A DNA stretch of 64,000 bases from Paramoeba atlantica (lineage: Eukaryota > Protista > Discosea). Below, in pieces: positions 62,997 to 64,000 of the stretch (positions within the stretch are counted from its first letter, which is position 1; each line of letters starts with the position of its first letter). The translations under genes were made by a program, and so were the position numbers. Under the pieces are notes generated by a model. That model did no database searches, was not told the origin of the DNA, and saw nothing but the letters and a program-made list of their open reading frames with translations. The stretch covers positions 121,269-185,268 of the forward strand of contig CDRNVI010000182.1 of NCBI GenBank assembly GCA_977017575.1, in the 5' to 3' direction.

Positions 62997-64000
62997 ATTT
63001 CCAGACAAATTACAAATAAAATTGTACTTTTTACACAATTTTACAATTTATTTGACTTATTTACAAAAAAAAAAACATATTTCCCTTTGTTTTTGATCAT
63101 TTCCCAACCACTTTTTTCAATGTCTATTTGTATTATTTTCATTTTTAGAAAATTGTTATTCAGTTTTTGATGTTTAAAAGTTCATTTCCAAACAAGTTAC
63201 AAATAAAATTGAATATTTTACTCAATTTTACAATTTATTTGATTTATTTACAAAAAAAAAAATATATTTCCCTTTGTTTTTGATTATTTCCCAATCACTT
63301 TTTTCAATGTATAATTCAATATTTGTATTATTTTCATTTTTTAGAAAATTGTTATTTAGTTTTTGATGTTTAAAAGTTCATTTCCAGACAAGTTACAAAT
63401 AAAATTGTACTTTTTACACAATTTTACAATTTATTTGATTTATTTACAAAAAAAAAAACATATTTCCCTTTGTTTTTGATTATTTTCCAACCACTTTTTT
63501 CAATGTTTATTTGTATTATTTTCTATTTTCATTTTTTCTCAATTGTTATTTAGTTTTTGATGTTTAAAAGTTCATTTCCAAACAAGTTACAAATAAAATT
63601 GTACTTTTTACACAATTTTACAATTTATTTGACTTATTTACAAAAAAAAAAACATATTTCCCTTTGTTTTTGATCATTTCCCAACCACTTTTTTCAATGT
63701 CTATTTGTATTATTTTCATTTTTAGAAAATTGTTATTCAGTTTTTGATGTTTAAAAGTTCATTTCCAAACAAGTTACAAATAAAATTGAATATTTTACTC
63801 AATTTTACAATTTATTTGATTTATTTACAAAAAAAAAAATATATTTCCCTTTGTTTTTGATTATTTCCCAATCACTTTTTTCAATGTATAATTCAATATT
63901 TGTATTATTTTCATTTTTTAGAAAATTGTTATTTAGTTTTTGATGTTTAAAAGTTCATTTCCAGACAAGTTACAAATAAAATTGTACTTTTTACACAATT
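62997..64000 (-). repeat. ~190-bp satellite, inverted orientation, runs off the window end
   Basis: Reverse complement of 25467-26470 with the same LINE junction and the same trimer order. Confidence 0.97.

Larger units (their letters stand above)
53845..64000 (-). repeat. Right arm of a giant inverted repeat (left arm ~25467-35298)
   Basis: Mirrored coordinates sum to 89467 in the outer part. 21 ORF pairs from 26297..26731/62736..63170 to 33128..33340/56127..56339 translate identically. Includes mirrored LINE pieces (56807-62999), SINE A copies (59961-60284, 61077-61398) and satellite. Confidence 0.97.

Noticed and set aside
25467-64000. Whole palindrome as a simple fold-back chimeric read
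   Set aside because: A fold-back would be symmetric up to the axis. Here there is an ~18.5-kb unique spacer and a diverged inner tier. Consensus collapse of the outer arms is still possible and is noted in the finding.

Overview
AT-rich eukaryotic (probably protist) genomic DNA. I see no prokaryotic operons, rRNA genes or true tRNA genes. Left part (1-17.6 kb): gene/pseudogene territory with long CT- or GA-rich low-complexity introns. It holds a broken tyrosine-recombinase relic, decayed RT-like motifs, a solo LTR, six LRR exons each encoding one repeat, two adjacent fold-back DNA elements (one CACTA-ended), a frameshifted ADF/cofilin homolog and unidentified paralogous gene fragments. Right part (17.7-64 kb): a retroelement graveyard. 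It contains a decayed Ty3/gypsy element with both LTRs, a ~190-bp satellite with a 577-bp higher-order repeat, and many nested copies of an L1/Tx1-like LINE (ORF1 with zinc knuckle; APE endonuclease-RT-zinc finger-archaeal-type RNase H-extra tail). It also has a second truncated gypsy, solo LTRs, and two tRNA-derived SINE families that share a ~70-bp central core. Positions 25.5-35.3 kb and 53.8-64 kb form a giant inverted repeat (coordinates sum to 89467). Its outer ~7.9 kb looks identical between arms, its inner ~2 kb is diverged, and inverted satellite arrays cap both ends. TE copies show heavy C>T/G>A decay. All calls rest on motif reading by eye; no database search was possible. Some frameshifts may be long-read assembly errors.
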